64,000 nt of DNA, taken from Haliotis cracherodii (Eukaryota). The stretch spans positions 12,586,001 through 12,650,000 of the forward strand of contig NW_027266271.1 of the NCBI RefSeq assembly GCF_022045235.1. Direction: 5' to 3'. A program made the position numbers and the translations under genes. Shown in pieces: positions 36,695-51,396 of this stretch (position 1 is the first letter of the stretch; each line of letters opens with the position of its first letter). The notes under the pieces were generated by a model, which was given only the letters and a program-made list of their open reading frames with translations, was not told the origin of the DNA and made no database searches.

Positions 36695-37269
36695 ACGATT
36701 TGCACTGGTTATTTTTACAAATAAATATTATATACCTTAATTGTACATGTAATTTAACGAAAAACATTTTGATTTTTTTCTTGGCCCTACATCAAACTAT
36801 CCCGAGGTACCCTGTCAAGAGAGTGTATTTCGCTAACTTGTTGTTTGCATGGATAGAGTTAAAAGTAAATTCAGCTTGCAGTGTGTATTGCTTACTACCT
36901 AATGTCTGAACCAGATTGGTACAAACATTTCAGGCTGCCCAGGGGGTATTGAGGAATATAACAGACGTTAATCTAACGTTGGGTCAACGTTGGCCATCAA
37001 CGTTGGGCTAACATTGGCTATCAACGTTATGCCAACGTCTTTTTGTTGACCAGCGGTCTAACGTTGGCTAAATATCGTTGGCCCAACCTTGGGTTGTCGG
37101 TAAAAAAAACTATAATACAACCAGGTTTTAACCAGTACATTACACCCGCAATGGGATGTCCTCAGATCTTTGTTTAGCGGTAGCGAGAACTAAGATCTGA
37201 TTTTGATGCGATTGGTCGAACATCCTTCTTTGTCTTTAACTTGTGATAGTCTGTGATGGCTTCCACTTT

Positions 37270-37772
37270 AGCTGTATTAGGCGCGACCGCGACCGCGACC
37301 GAGGATTTGAGTCGTCTTTCGCCGGAGCATTGACCTGTTTCAGGTCGGCGTCGACAAGGAACAGATTTTCAGGTTTGGGCACCATGATGCAGGGGGAACT
37401 CCAATTGCTGTCGCTGGTGGGGCTCACTCCCTGTCGAAGCATTTTGGGAATAATCTCCTTCTTCAATAAGGCTCTCTTGTGAGGCCCACGCCCATGTCCA
37501 GCACCATTGCGTTGGTAGTACCAGGAGGTCTCATGATCAGCGACCACGGCCTTCAGTTCCTCTTTTTGTTGACTCTGGAGATGTTGTAGCTTGTTCTCCA
37601 AGGCTGCCAGGGCTTCACTGTTATGGAGTTTGCCTCCCGTAACATCTGGACCATCGTTTCCTTCGAGGGTGACTATACTGACTGGTGTGGCACGTCTAGC
37701 TCTGTACGCCTTCAGCAAATTAACTTGACAATATTTCTCCTTCCTGCCTCGATCTGGTGTACTGATAACATA
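37270..37772 (-). mobile_element. Ty3/Gypsy-group LTR retrotransposon fragment with integrase C-terminus upstream of RT (Gmr1-like order)
   Basis: YVISTPDRGRKEKYCQVNLLKAY (IN C-terminal module), then NSEAL..KLQHL, then KMLRQGV.PTSDSNWSSPCIMVPKP (RT start). Confidence 0.7.
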
Positions 37773-39259
37773 CCCTACATCATAAATCTGGCGTTTAACA
37801 GTGTAAGGGCCAAAGTACTTAGCCTAAAGGGAGGACATTATCATTACAGACCCAACCCCAAATATGTCATGTTGCCTTATTTGACGTTCGAATTACCCGT
37901 GTGGGGAATTCAACGTGACAGTCCAAATCTTTCTAGCTACCTGTCTGTACCATTTTACAAGCAGCACCATTGTACTTGTAGTATCTGAGAAAAGTTTGGC
38001 ATTGGAATGCGCCCATGTGCATATGGCTAAAAGTCATCTCTTAATAATTTGTAATAACGAACATTACAATCACGTGACATAGGAGAAACTGAAATTGCAA
38101 TCTGCAGTGCCACGATGTTGGTGTAACCACTTTCTGTGCAAGCATAACACACCGCATAACATCGAAGTCTTAGCAGCTTTCTAAAGTATTTTGAATAAAT
38201 GGATTGCTTGAATCCTGTTACGACATGTTCTTGGCACAGCATTTTCCCTCTCAACAAGTTTTAAAAGTGGGGAAATGTTTTACGTCAATAAAATGTGTTC
38301 CACCTTATCGCTAACGGGTTTTTGCTTTCGCTGTGTATCGATGACGTCATAATCTCGCGACTTGTCGCTCTCGTAACAAATATATGAAACAACAAAATGC
38401 CGACCATCAGCAAGCGACCGAAAGTGGCACTTCCTCCACTAAACTTTGTTTGGAGAATACAGCTCGCAAGGTAGTACAGTCTGACTGAAGTTGCATTCAA
38501 ATCGCGGATGGGAGGACTATGACTTGCCAAATGAAATGTGCATGTTACCTGAAAGATTTTCAATTAAAAAAAAATTAAACTGGAATATGTATATTGCGTT
38601 TAGAAGAACAGTGTTCCCCGTGTTCTGTTTTTAGTAATAATTTCACTCTTGCAATTCAGTCAGTTAGCTTGTGGAGATGATGTATTAGCATGAGTGCTTA
38701 CACATATTCAACCCCAGCTACGTTGTTGCTATGCTGACGTTGGTTTTTCAAATTATGTAATACATGTTATGGCACTGAATTCTAACATATCTAAGCGCAG
38801 GCACTTTGATTTATATACATGTAAATTGACATTAAATGCATGTGCGAGGCAACTCGAAAGTTGAGCTTTGTTCGTACGGATATTCGATCCGAATTATATC
38901 AATATATATTTGGTCTATTCAGTAATTGACCAATCACATTGCAAACATGATCTTCCTGTAACACGGAAGGCCATGAATCTTGTCAATGGAAACGAAGGGA
39001 ACACGGTTGCTTAGCTGTACGGGTTTGACATGTTTGAATTATCTCTTTGATCTAGGGGAGATGTCATTTGTCCTGTTTAAAGAGCTGTCAGTCTCAAGTT
39101 CGTTTTTAAATACAGAGGTTCAAGGTAGCATCCGGGTACATATTCCCCAAAATGAGGAAACTACTGAACAATCGAACGAGCACATGAGAATGCAACTTAA
39201 ATGTTCCGGCTTATTTCCAAACACACCACTGTGTACAGACTATATTTTGTGAGGTTAGC

Positions 39260-41751
39260 TTTAAAAAGTATTTATCATTTAACTAAAGCATTTATCCATG
39301 ACATAAGCTTATGACATAAAAACGTGTATGTCATACCCCAATGACATAAGTATGCAAATTAGATGACAGGAAGTGGGACGTGAGTAGGTGTTTACAAACA
39401 ATATGGCTACCTTTGATGTTGGAGACAATGTTTCAACAGATCAAAGGGGAAGTGCTACAGTGATATCTGTGTTCACAAATGGATGTTACAGATTACAGGT
39501 TGATGAAACCGAATTTGAATTTGTCTGTGATGAAGGCAGATTATCAAAAATTCCCTGTGACCAACGTTTCGTCATGGAAACACCATTGTCAAGCACAAAG
39601 TCTAAAGATGTCCAAGGTAGATTTGTGGCTGTTGAGGATGGCATGATCGATGGTGTGATTCTAGTCAATCAAAACAAAAACACAGCAAGAAAACATTGTA
39701 CGATTTGAAACTGTTTCATAACTTTCTAAAATCTAAAATGAAATTCGCCAAATGCATGAAATACCTCCAAACGAACTAGACACACTTCCCAGCAAGTTTT
39801 TCATTAGTGTTCAAAAAATAAATGGGGAAAATTATGAGCAGTCTCACAGGTTTTCAGAGCAGCATCGAGAGATCACTAAAACGAAGGGGGTATGGCTATT
39901 CACTCACGTCATCTTTAGAATTTTCACGATGACGGTAAGTATTAAAGGGGAGGAAAATTTAACTAAAGAAAGAAGGGCGTGGCAACTTACCAAGGAGAGC
40001 TGACCCGATCAAGTCCCTGTGGCAGTCCTGATCCATTGGAATCAGTAATCCAATGAGCATAATAAACTGTCTATGGCTCCACAACACAATCCATTTCATG
40101 TTAAGAGGTGTCAGTGATCACTACAACATGTGTTGGGGGGACATCATCTTGCCTGTTGATGGAGACGGTCAAGAATATCTTGAACTGCCTTTGAGACAAA
40201 GAAAGAATGGGTCTGGTGAGAATCCTCGTGATTGTCGTGACGTAAGGCCCCAAATGTGGTCTAATGTTGCTGATCTCGGTGCCCTGTGCAGGTGTATAAG
40301 TATGCCTCCACGCGTCCACTCAACTTCTGTCGAGATGAAGATCCCTTTTACACCAGCACTCACACTTTAGGCAAGCCTAAACCAGGCGATCAGTGGTTTA
40401 TCCACTGTCATATTGGGAAAAACAAACTTTCCTCTCATGAAAAACATGTGCGATGCCGCCAGTCTCCAAACATCGAAACGACTCACTAATCACTCTGCGC
40501 GCAAACACCTTGTGCAAAAGTTGAATGACAATAATGCAGATAACTAGTCACAAAAACAACCATTCTGTTAATAATTACTGCCATATTAATCCTGACCAGC
40601 ACAAGCAAATACCCAACATTATTTTACGACCCTCGTTGCGCTACAGTGCGATCGCCTTGTGGAACGGGGCCCTGCACCACAAAGTGTACAATCACGTCAC
40701 AATACCCGATGACGTAATATGTGGAATTGTGTTGCAAGATCCATGGGCGAAACAATGCTATGTGACGTCAGCCTAGCAACGGGGTTGTTTTGGTTATTGC
40801 GTGTGCATAAGCTCCTCTCAGTGATCTATCATCTTAACACCCAATGTCGTTGAATAACCCAGGGATGTTGAGAGCTTTCAATATTTGTTCAGGAAACTTG
40901 TTCCGACAGTACATAAGCACGCGTTTTGGCATTACACAATGTGTAATACAGCTGTATGTTTATTAAACGGGTGATCTCTCCACGAGCAAGTAATAACACT
41001 CCATCCCACACTGTGACATCCCAACTTGTTGATAAAACTCCCGTCATGTACAGCGGCCCCTCGCGTAAGGTCCAAATCGCCAGTAGACAACACAAATTAT
41101 AAATGTTTCTGGTGGTGTGAACACTAAGTTTGATGGCATCATTACTGGAGGAAACATAACGACCAATCTCGTTAACGATCCAAGCCCGGTTCCGGTCAAA
41201 CGACGCCGGATTGTCATTGAAAGTGATAGTGACACCGACTAATGCATCTACTCTGACCTCTCCTCCGCGAGACATTCTTCAAGTGAGTGAGCGGTTTGTT
41301 TTGAAAGCTGTATATAAGCGAAATTACACCAGAGATATAATCACATTACACAGAATCGTTGTTGTAACTGTTATTAAAGTTTCAATTATTCTGCAAAACT
41401 CTGTCCAAATATTTTGTTTGAAATAATCCGAGGAACATTTTTTCGCAGCGAAAGAATATGACATGAAGGAGTTAACAGGTTGTTTATTTTGGTTCACAGT
41501 AACTTCACAATGGAACACATGTATCACTACGCACGTTCTAAACGTAAGATATCGACACGTTACTGATGTTAATACATTTATTACTTTAAAAGGGAAACAA
41601 TAATGTCAACATGACAAATAGAATTCATCACTCGTGTGTTTTAATATGGGAAATATCAACCTCGTCCCGTTATTCAGTATTTGCCTCGCCAAAGGCTCGG
41701 CAATCGGTTGATATTTCGCCTTAAAAAAACACTCGTGATGATTCCTCTATA
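39260..41751 (+). mobile_element. Decayed Crypton/DUF3504 element, copy 2 (co-duplicated)
   Basis: Colinear with 20740-23525; same motifs; terminal palindrome 41619-41751. Confidence 0.8.
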
Positions 41752-41773
41752 AACTACTCTGACATTACTAACA

Positions 41774-44700
41774 ATGTCGGCTAAATGTAGACCTATTTAT
41801 CAGGAATCTGGTGAAGAAATCATCCCTACTCCTGAAGGACAAGAGATGCTGCAAGTAAACAAACCTGCTGAGCACGAATCCATTGACGACAAGTCTACTG
41901 CCGGTAGTTACGCTAGCACTGACCACAACAACCCAGGTTCTGTTGAATATCACTCCACTGACGACGTCAACCCAGCTGTTCCCGATCACCAGGGGACTGA
42001 AGAAAGCAAATCGGACTCTGATGATGGCTATGATTGCATTGCTGACGTTAACCCTGTGTATGACTACATTGAAGCAATAAACGAGCCACGTACGGTAAGA
42101 GTTGAAATGGTGTATTTTTAACCCACAAAGTTATAAGTCTCGGATCAGAATAAAATCATTTATTTTAATTATCTAACATCACCGTTCCATTGTGTTATGA
42201 CAATTCTTGTACCGGTCTAACTGTAATAATTCTAACTGTTTAAGAATATTTCGGTGTCCCATAGGCATGACAGCAACCCTTGATTGCAGCTTCGAATTCA
42301 CCATGCTTATGATCATTGGTTAACGTGTACCATATCCATGCTTGGCGTCTAAATAATATTGCAATCAGTTGGAAGATCACCAAACGAATCTGTGGTTAAG
42401 AAACTGTAAATAAGGTACATATCATGATAAAATGGTTATATAACGTACGGGGTTATCGAGTAAGGTAGTGTTACATACATAATATTTGGAGGCAGGTGGT
42501 ATTTTGGTTTTATTTTTTTGTCGACCTCATACATAACTTTTAACAACCAGTAAAATGTTCAAACACAAAGTTATTTTAACGCTTGAGTGCACACACTGTA
42601 AATCCTCAAACGACTTTTTCAGATGTCACTGAGAGAAGCGGCATCTGTAAGGATCATGATTGTCGGTCTGATAATAAACCTCATTGCCGGCGCCTTCTCT
42701 GTCTTCTGCATAAGAAGAGCAGACCGGGAAGTGGCCCGCGTCAGTTTTCGACTGGCCACTGCAGTGGCTGGTACAGTATATCCAAACTATGTGTTGGTTT
42801 TGATAGATAAATGCAACGTGAGGAAGAAAGCATGTAACAAATGCATTTTCTTTCAATTTCAAACGGAAATACGTACACAAATGCATTTCGTACATGTTAT
42901 ATAGCTTAAACATCTGGCAACATCGAACAGGTCGTTCAAAAATATAGCACTACCTTCTATGATAATATTAAGTGTCGCCCTATTTAACTCTTTGACGTAT
43001 ATTGACGAAGTCAAAGGCTCGGGTCATTTGCGGGTTTGAACTTGTATGTAAATTTATGTATTGGAATGGCTTTGTAGACCCTGATGCACAATAGCCACAA
43101 GGGCAACGTGTGTGTCTGGTGTGTATCCTTTAAACGCATTGTGTGAGTGAGTTCAGTGTATCACCACATTGAAAGGTGTTTCCGTAATTTTACATGTTGT
43201 CAGCTTGATAATAGGGGAGAGCTGGAAGTGATGCTCATATATGTGTATATAGTGCAGGCCGTCATGATATTAATTTTACTGCGGCATTAAATACCATATG
43301 CTCATTCCAAGAGAAGGTCGGACAAGTGTACCAGACCTCATGGTCATCTTGCTGGAATATGAGGCCTCAAACCACATGCTCTCGCCCAACCCTGCTTCAA
43401 TATTATTTACAAGCATGCAGTATTTTCATATATATTACAATGTATTAAGACTGAACTATTCCGATACGACGTTAGACATCATCGTACTCACTAACTCATT
43501 TCTGAACGCATATCTTTCATGATGTTTATATTCTTTTTCAGCTGGCTGCTGTGTGCCGCTTATGATCAAATATGATCTCAGGAAGGTAGCCATTGCCGGA
43601 AGTGTCGGTCTCATCTGTTTTTGTACACTGCTGACAGTGTCACTGGCAACTGGAATTGATGCCCTAATTGTTCCAGAAAGTATCATTGGGGGTATGGTTT
43701 TGACATTTTGTTATGGAAGGCAGCAGTCGGTTAAGATATGTATAGTTAATTTCATAAAAAACGGTTGTCTGATAATAATCAAATTTCTTTAAGTCTTGTT
43801 TGTGTTAAAAGTATTGCTGTATTTATTTTTATTGACTTTTAGAGATGGAGACTGAGGTGGGAGAAGAATTCAAATCAATTAATAGCAGTTCCTATTTGTT
43901 TACTTTGAAAATGAAATACCTGCTGAATGTAAGTAAGACAAAAGGAGGCATACGAGCCTTATATTGGCCTTACGTGTCGTGCAGAGTTGCGTCCCTCAGC
44001 TGTACCAGGATCCTCAGATCAAATGTGTGCTCAAATGTGTGCTCGCCATAGTATGATGTTTGCACGATAGTCGTGTTGTTGGGTTTCACCAAAGTGGTAA
44101 ACGTCCACGATCTGCATCACTTCGAGTTGTTCTCCCACATGAAGCTGACACACACTGGTATAACTGAAATACTGTTCAAAGCGGCGTTAAACCCAACTCA
44201 TCCATTCAAGCAGGAAACTATCGGGAATGCAGTAAATACATATTGTTACCTGTTTCTGCTCGTTTTTGTTTCCTTTAAGAATGAAGTAGTAATATTATGT
44301 ACCATATTTTATTCGTCTTTATAAGAGATCCGACATGTTTAAATACAAAACATAACATTTAAGCTAATATTTTGAAAAACACCCATATATATTACAGGTA
44401 CTGCATACGGCCTTTTGGGTACAGCTGGATTTGTAGGCACCATCCTCCTCCTCCCTGGCCGCCTTGCTCTCGCTGTCTTCATCAGTTACGTCGGATGCGT
44501 CATTGGAAACATCATCGGCATCACTATCAGCTATAAAATTGATCCCCCGATGTCTCGGTATGCTTTGTGGACACTGGCAGCGCTTGGTCTGTTGTGTCGC
44601 AAGTTCCTTTCATACTACGAGAGAACAGGAAATATAACGGATGTTTTGAGACATTCTTCATTTTATGTCACGTTACTAATGAGAACGTCAGTCTCTATTG

Positions 44701-47700
44701 GTGAGTTTTACGTCCTTTCAAAGCCATTCAGTCAGATAAAGTTTTGTTGTACCTTCTGGCAACAACTGATTAAATTTTGATGTTGCCTTTAACAGCAGCA
44801 GGTGAGCTACACACTGACGACAACACACATTTTTAATCACAATATATATGATGGACTGATAATGAAATATTTTATAAATGTGCCAGATCAAAAACAACTA
44901 TCTGAGTTTGTTCAATGAATAATTTGTATTCAGTTATAATGAAAAGAATATCTGTTTCTGTTTGAATCTTTACTTCACACAGGTATTCTCCATATTATGG
45001 AGGACCATACAGAGTTTTTTTTGGACACGTAGTTCAGACATAACAGACATATAGTCTAGAGTAAATACGAATTTATTCTGCCTCTTAAGTTCTCATTAGC
45101 CAATAATTTGCCGTAAAAGGCAACCAGAGAGGATCGAGTGGTCAGATTTTTTGGGGGGCTGATTGTGTGTGTGTGCGCGTGTGTGTGTAATAGGTGCTCA
45201 TATCTTCGTTCAAAGGTTTGCCTGTTGGAGGCTCAATTATTTACAGACCAATGTAACACAGCTGGAATGTTTGCTGCAAATCACCCACTCAGTCTTCAGT
45301 GTTGGCATATGACCTTATGCATGGTGCAAATGTCACAATCCAGTGAAGTTAAGCAACTTGGGTGAACACTGGTGAATTGGTCATTCCGTAGAGTTTCTGT
45401 ACTACCCGTGACGGCACCACAGTTAATTCATCATGAATGTCTCATTTGACCCGACCTTCCCGACCTTCCTCTCTGTTAACCCAGTAGGTATTAGGGGCCT
45501 GCTGTAATGAGATTGAATGTGGATTGAAACTAATATAACATATGCTTTGAGCAGGTTTTTGCGATGCAAGGACCCTTGGGTTGCTTCTTTTCACTACACT
45601 TATCCCTATTTTTTTTCCAGGATTGGCAATCATCCCATCGCTGATCAAAACTGTGTCCATTGCAGAAACGCAATATTTTCTGTTCCTTGTCCTCTTCGGC
45701 AGTCAAGTAATGTACATGGTTATTTTGGTAATGAGTGTCAGGTTTTGGAGAGAAAACCTGCGGAATCCCAGTCCAACACCATTGGGAATAGTGGTCCTGA
45801 TGGTCGGACTTGGCACCTTGATTCATCAGGTTGTACCTATGAACGTGTGGACGGTGGGAGTCTATATGGCCTTGCTTGGGATAGTATTGGGTATGATACA
45901 CTGAAAATACCAATTTATGTTAGAAACAACATTTCAAGATCTTTACTTAACATTAACCATTAACGATATGTGTTCAAATCGTGTATCAGTTTTCTTAAAC
46001 CAGACCTGTCAAGTATGTCTGCAAGGGAAGCATCTCTAATGTTGCCGTTTAGCCCACACGATAAGAGTCATCTTCAATCTTCAATTAATACTTAGTTGAT
46101 CAATATTTTGATAAATAGTACACTGCAATTGCAATATATAACCCTTGCACATCTTGGACAATCGATTAATGTCACCATTTTTAGAGTTACTTAGTATTTT
46201 TTCTGACTTGATTGGTAACATTTGTTTATAAAAATGTTATGTGTTCATGGATCGGTGGTTTTCACTTCGTCATCGTGGTGTGACAGGCTGAGCAGATGCT
46301 TCCCTTAGTCTAGCAAGAATCCGAGATTATGTAATTAGGGTTATCAACACCATACCAGTGCTAATGGGTTTAAATACAGTGGTAAACATCTAAGACATGC
46401 ATAGTTTGTGATTCAATCAACATTAGCTGCTATATAATAAGTAGTGTTCAAGACGTCGTAAACACAAATCACGCACACCTTTCTCCATCTTTCAGTTGGC
46501 TTGCTTAAAAAAGTAAACATACAATGTGTCTTTCGCAACAGCTCGTCCTTTATTTCAATAAGTATTTCTCATAGTAATCTTGACCTTGCAGCGTACTCTC
46601 ACATAATGATGCCACTGGTAATGCTGCATGCTACGGGAACTGCCAACTGCAGACTGACCATTCCTGTCTTGAGATGCTGTGATGAAGTTGGTATAATGCT
46701 GGGTGTCGTCATTCTCGGTAGGAAAGATGCTGACATAGTTGTCGTGAACCTATATTTGAAAGTTATATACATTTCATGGTGATATTAATCTCATCAATAA
46801 CAAGCAAGTTTCTATTTTGTCTTCTTTCTGTTTGTTACATAGCATATGTCTTCTATACACTGAATGGTCCAGTGAAGTTTCCTAGTCCTTAAGATTGTCT
46901 TCACTGGATAGTTTTCGGTTGTAAAAGACCTTGTACAAGGAACGATAATGTCTCCGCACAGAGAGAGACCTATTACTGGCTCCAGCAAATGTTACACCTA
47001 ATCCCTGTCTAAAAAAATAAACATTATTCTTAACAAAGTCAAGGAATGACTTTCTTTATATTCACAGAAAGTATTCGCGACAAGTCATATCATGTGAGTT
47101 CTTAAAAACTCAAAGGATTTGTTTCAACATTTACAATCTCAAACAGATTGTTCACTGTCACTTATGTCACAATATTTGATATTTCACTTAAACACCACTA
47201 TCACACACGACAAACGTAAGGAACGGAATCATTCCTTGATCCATGAAGCATTTGTCACTAAAAGGGTTAACCATAGATTTTGTTGCGTCAATTTTTTCAA
47301 TGTTTCAGGTCAATTTGTTTAAAATGAAAACAAGGGCCATCTGTAGTTTATAAAGGAAAGAGTATGTGAAATGATAGACTTTCTTATTGATAACATCTAG
47401 GTGATATTTGGGGATAGGACATTCAGGCAAAAAAGGAGGCCTCCCCATGGCCACCAATTGCGCTCCCTTTCTTACTGATATGTTTCTAAATGCATATGGA
47501 TTTCTGCTCGTCTTGGCAAATTCAACACAAGGACAAGGGGGCTTAATTTAAGCATCAGGTATATCAACGATCTGATAGCATTCACCGTGGCTTTATTGAA
47601 AATGTCATTTTTGGATATATTTCATCCACTGCATGTTTGATTATGAAATTTAATATGCTCCAGTAATGTTGTTTTCGGGATAACATATAATACGTTTCGT

Positions 47701-48903
47701 GGCATATTAAGCTGATCTAGCTTCGACTACTGACATTCAAGTACCCACGTTTTTTGTGTTACAGCATTTCGACATCTCCTCTGAAACTAAGAACACAAAT
47801 TGTGCAAGTTTGGAAAACCATATGTTAGACCCCACCACACACTAGCCTGTCACACTGTTTCATCAAATTATCTTCATACATTGGGGAGCATTGGCAAAAA
47901 GAAGGTTTGACATGGAAACCAAACTTGACTTAAAAAAACAAATGGTTCGAACATCACTGGGTGATGTCGGCAGAAAGATTGTACAGGCAACGTTTCACCA
48001 TCCAACATTTTTAAATTTAGGAGAAACTTGAGAAATAAATTCAAGCAGGCCACAAGTGTCCACGAACGAGGGGCCGCCGATTTTGCTAATTTGACTAGTG
48101 TGTCAAGTCCCAAACAACTATTGCTTCAGCAGTCGGCTAAGGACCTACATCACGTTAAAAGGTGTTCTTGTTCGTGACAGACTGCTTGAAAGCAACACGA
48201 CCTTGTAATCTCCAGTAAACCCGATACCGACTTTTGCAGTTGAAAGACTTTCTCTCTTCTCCTGTGGTACTGTTTCACTGTTGAAGCTGAGATTTGGCAT
48301 GCAGGTTCCATCTTGTGAAGACATTGTATCTTGTGATCAATGTGATTTTAAAAAAAAACAATATTAAAAAATTAAATGTCACAAACAGTTTTAAAATTGC
48401 ACTCTTAAGAACCACGGGTCACAAGGCGTAAACTTATGAAGATCTCAAGTATGCACAAGGCATCTCTAATTGCACTGATGATTGTTGTCCTAAACGATGT
48501 TGCAAATATAGCGTTTCCTTTCCTTCCCTTTTCCAGAATCCCAGCCCATGTTTTTCTTTTCCTCATTTTAGAAGTTTGTACTAAAATAAGGTTGATGTAT
48601 CATACAATTATTTCTTCATAAATCAGGTGAGCTACAGATATTGTGGCTCTATTTACCTCTAATAGGGATATATCCCTCATATTCTCATAATCTTCAGGGA
48701 AAAGTTGTGTAGATATGCTACGCAAATATTTTCATTTTTATGTCTATGCTATTGCAGATAGAGAGACATTTTGGACACAGAATGGAGCCTTGTACTTTGC
48801 TGGAGGGATTCTCGTCGTGTCCGGGGTCGGCATCCTACTGGCGAGAGGCTACTTGAGACGCCCGCCTCATCTGACAGATGAGGCTTTATCAATAGTTGGC
48901 TAA
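41774..48903 (+). CDS. Gene C: recent duplicate of gene B, 487 aa, 7 exons
   Basis: Exons 41774-42094, 42623-42770, 43542-43691, 44398-44700, 45621-45890, 46592-46717, 48758-48903; all GT-AG, frame open (1464 nt). Confidence 0.82.
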
Positions 48904-49989
48904 AACACGGGATAGTCCCGGGTATTATTCTCCATGTACATTGAGATCAGTTAGCAACATGTGTGAATAACTACTATCTCATAACTATCGAATGTTGTCA
49001 ACAAAGCTGTCTTCACATACAATATTAATATAATTTCTTTCGTTTGAGGGACGAATTAGAACGAAATTATTTTCTCCTAACGTCGGAAAGCACAACAAAG
49101 GGGGTTAACTTGGTCCCGTAATGGGTATACAACTAAAGGCGGGAAGTTGAAACTTCATTCTCAGGTGCGGTGCACGCTGGGCTGGCTATATTAAACATGT
49201 TCGGTTATGTATGATGCCGATTGAAGTACAAGTCGGGTGACTCGTTACTTTTTATTTTTTATGTGTGTATTGGCTGCTGCTGTCCATATAATGATCAGGA
49301 TGTTATGGGTTGTTTGCAAGTTGTGTTGGCGAGCCATGATAATACATTGTGAGATGGATCGGTATCCATAGTTGAAATCTCGAACACTCCAGTTGTGAGA
49401 GGATGGATTTGGGATATACTCTGATGAGTATATGCGCTGACGAGCCATTAGAACATATGATTGGGCGTCGATGCCTGTAAATATTATATACGTTGGAAAT
49501 GTGAGGCATGTGAATCACGATGTGTTGATGATCATGATGCTGTTGATGTTCCTGATGCGGACGATGTTCATGATAATGTGGATACATGTTGAAGAATAAA
49601 CTGCAGTCAGTCAGTGCACCGTACAGTACCCCAATATGTTGTAGTTGTGTATTTTGTTGTGTTAAGGGGGAGAAGGAGAAGTCTGTCATCACTTACGACG
49701 GTGCTACCGATCGGGCAGTTTGAGTTCATCCTGATGTCATCCCAGTGATAACAGGATTCCTTGGGAGGGTCTTGAATTTGACCTTTACAAATTGAATCTT
49801 TACTTCTAATATATCAATAAAAATGATTAAATATGGGATATTTGATCACAAGTTTTACCTCAAACTGTTTCCATCATCTGTGGATTTGCTTTCGTCATAC
49901 ATTCAATGTTTTTGTATCTCTGCCGAGAAACTTTTGTCAAATATATTGAATTGTTTTGGAAAACAAATCCACCAGATTATTGCACGTGT

Positions 49990-50245
49990 GTGTATGTGTG
50001 TGTGTGGCTGATTGTACTAGTCCGGACTGATGCCGATTGACAGTGCTGGCTCACTGAGATACCATGCCGCAGTTTAACATGAATACCCTACTCAAACACA
50101 GTATACTGACTCCGGGACGACCAGTCCTTGTTGTAGCCCCTTAATGCCGAGCATCAGACAGGGTAACAACAAGTATTTTGGTATGACGCAGCCGGGGATC
50201 GAACCCGTCCGGGCGGACGCTCTACCACTAGATCACGGAGGCTGT
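49990..50245 (-). mobile_element. tRNA-derived SINE family 4 (paralog ~30250-30510; another copy begins at ~63931 on +)
   Basis: GTGGTAGAGCGTCCGCCC...GGGTTCGATCCCCGG..CGTCATACCAAAA head and (CA)n tail. Confidence 0.65.
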
Positions 50246-50362
50246 CCCCATCAGTTAATGAAAATAGGGAATGTTTTTTTCAGGTTTGCTCCATTATTAT
50301 ACCAATATGAACTGCCAGCTGCGAATGCTGGGAATATTCAGGAACTGCTAGAATCAGATAAA

Positions 50363-51125
50363 TACAGTCAAGTCCCGTTAATCCGACATTGTTGGTTGCT
50401 TATGATAATGTCGGATTAACGAGTATGTCGGATAAACGAATTTAGGTAGTATCAACGAACGTGGTCGAAAATCGGACAACTACACGATAGATAACGATTC
50501 AAACCTGTTGTAAAAAAAAGGAAAAAGGAAATGTTCATTTTGTTATGTTACATTGTTAGCGGAATATGTTTTCTAATCATGCAACCTCACAATACTACTG
50601 TTACGGACTGTATGACTGATTCAAAATATTTTTTAAAGCATAGTCTGGAATGGAAGACGCCAATTTGAAACTAGTGTGGCAATGCTTAAGAAAGCTGCTT
50701 TCTTAGTGGCTAATGTCGACGTCCTGTTAGTAATTTCATTGGTAGCGAGAGCTTGTGTCCGATTTGATGAGAATAAGGTAATCTAGACATGTGATTAATC
50801 CTGTTTTGTTTATTTAAAACAGTAATTGTTTATTGTTAAGCAAGTTTATCTCTGAAGCCGTTGAAATATGCAGCTACTCGCCGACTCGTCTCGCATCAAA
50901 ACACGAGGCTTTGTACTCGAAGGCAGATCACCACAGAGTACGCTGATCACTGTGTCGGATTAACGAGTAAAAAGTAATTCTAGCAATTCGTTGACATGTA
51001 GGTGTGTCGGAGTCGGAGTGCAAGACTGTCGGATTAACGGGTCTAAAAGCACTGATGTAGTCGATTCTCATCATAAGTGTCGGATAAAGCCGATTGTCGG
51101 ATTAACGAGATCATTTTTGGGCTTG
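50363..51125. mobile_element. pogo-type non-autonomous element (paralog ~30535-31240)
   Basis: Starts TACAGTCAAGTCCCGTTAATCCGAC; repeated GTCGGAT(T/A)AACG subterminal motifs at both ends. Confidence 0.55.
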
Positions 51126-51396
51126 TAAATATACTCTGTCGGTTAAAAGAGAACGCTCGGGTAATAAAATATGCTTCCGACAGAGTCAATTGGACATTTT
51201 GTTCATATTTGATTTTAAACGCTAATTGGTATGACCTTGTCTACGATTATCGTTATGGTTAGAAAGCATTTATGAAACCATTTGCTAATAAATACTGGGA
51301 GTGTAGGATGTTTGTGATGTTCATTAACAACAGTTGTACACAGTATAGGCTGAAAATAAAAGTGGCAAAACACTTTCCATACTGTACTATTCCGAC

